Assembly: GCA_040752415.1 (NCBI GenBank) | Contig: JBFMGU010000100.1 | Coordinates: 1 to 36,001, forward strand | Direction: 5' to 3' | Length of the DNA: 36,001 bases | Source: Myxococcota bacterium | GTDB taxonomy: Bacteria > Myxococcota > JACRCW01 | Shown: positions 35,279-36,001 of the stretch, piece after piece | How the letters are laid out: every line of letters begins with the position of its first letter | Position numbering within the stretch: the stretch's first letter is position 1 | Position numbers and translations under genes: made by a program | The notes under the pieces: generated by a model | Databases searched by the model: none | The model's input: only the letters and a program-made list of their open reading frames with translations | What the model was told of the DNA's origin: nothing

Positions 35279-35841
35279 GTGGCGAGCGTGGACGGGCTCA
35301 ACCTGTACGCTTCAGGGGTCATGGCGGACCGCGCCCACCTCGAGCGCACGGCGCGCTACGTGCTGCGACCGCCCTTTTGCGCTCGGACGGTTTGCCCAGC
35401 GGCCCGACGGGCTCATCACCTACGGATGAAGAAGCCGGATCGTCGGGGAAACACGGTGTTGGTGTTGGATGCGATGGCGCTGATGGCACGCCTGGCCGCG
35501 CTGATTCCCGCGCCCCGCCGACAGACGCACCGGCTCTTCGGGGTGCTGGGTCCGGCCTCCACGCTGCGCCGCCACATCGTGCCGGTCCCCACGCATCGCC
35601 AGGGACGGGCCGAGGGCCATTCCCACGACGAGCAGCCGCCTGACTACAAGCAACGCATCCCGTGGGCCGAGCTTTTGCGCCGCACCTTCGACGTCGACGC
35701 CCTGGAGTGTCCCCGCTGGCGTGAAGATTGCGGGTGGTAACGGTGGTGAAGGATCCGGCGGAGGCCCGCCGCTACGCCAGTCACATGGGCCTGTGCGAGA
35801 CCGACAGGCATGTCAGGGGCCCACCGGAGCTGGCCGCCTGA
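35279..35841 (+). mobile_element. IS91-family transposase relic 3 (3' half, several frameshifts)
   Basis: LERTARYVLRPPF, MARLAALIPAPRRQTHRLFGVLGP, IPWAELLRRTFDVDALECPR and RLRVVTVVKDP...HMGL...RGPP*. Confidence 0.88.
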
Positions 35842-35892
35842 CCTGCCTTCACCCCATCTCATGTTGCGACGCAAGGCTAAGTACCTGGCCAG

Positions 35893-36001
35893 AAGTTCTT
35901 GCACATATGTGGAGGAGCTCCGGTGAGCCCGGACAGCCCGAGCCAAAGCGGTATTTCAGACCGCACTCCCAAAGGTGCGGGCGCCGCGAGTGCCCTTTCT
36001 T
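35893..36001 (+). repeat. third copy of the 18055-18314 repeat unit, about 50 bp downstream of the IS91 transposase stop
   Basis: GAGCCCGGACAGCCCGAGCCAAAGCGGTATTTCAGACCGCACTCCCAA-GGTGCGGGC is nearly identical to the reverse complement of 18230-18290. Confidence 0.85.

Noticed and set aside
30900..36001. CRISPR array or integron cassette array as an explanation for the repeats
   Set aside because: No regularly spaced short repeats, no cas or intI gene and no convincing attC pairs; the repeats are gene fragments and IS-linked units.

Overview
High-GC bacterial DNA, probably Myxococcota or a related deltaproteobacterial lineage (inferred from gene content: Cys-rich lipoproteins, a bpX-type MoxR operon, a stand-alone lspA). 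No rRNA, tRNA or CRISPR array was seen. The left 30 kb is intact coding sequence. It holds ogt (partial), a YihY protein, a four-gene MoxR/vWA/beta-propeller ternary-type operon (1600-7664), an amidase-SLH lipoprotein, lspA, a Ser-stalk surface protein with four C-terminal repeats, an orphan RND adaptor with a pseudouridine synthase and a Nudix gene, two SDRs, a MarR/ankyrin pair and a cusCBA-like Cu/Ag efflux operon preceded by a small Cys-rich ORF. The best candidate for an undescribed system is a translationally coupled pair at 19204-21113. A 181-aa helical protein, whose only Cys, Tyr and Trp residues lie in two S-Y-x-x-S-S-G-(G)-C motifs, is followed by an RRE-fused radical SAM/SPASM enzyme; this suggests a new RiPP or protein-modification system. 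The right 6 kb is a decaying mosaic: two phage-morphogenesis gene tails flanking an ArsR-SRPBCC cassette, three IS91-family transposase relics interleaved with passenger genes (one a broken C-type lectin), and a structured repeat that also forms an inverted doublet at 18055-18314. All family assignments come from motif recognition by eye; no database searches were run.
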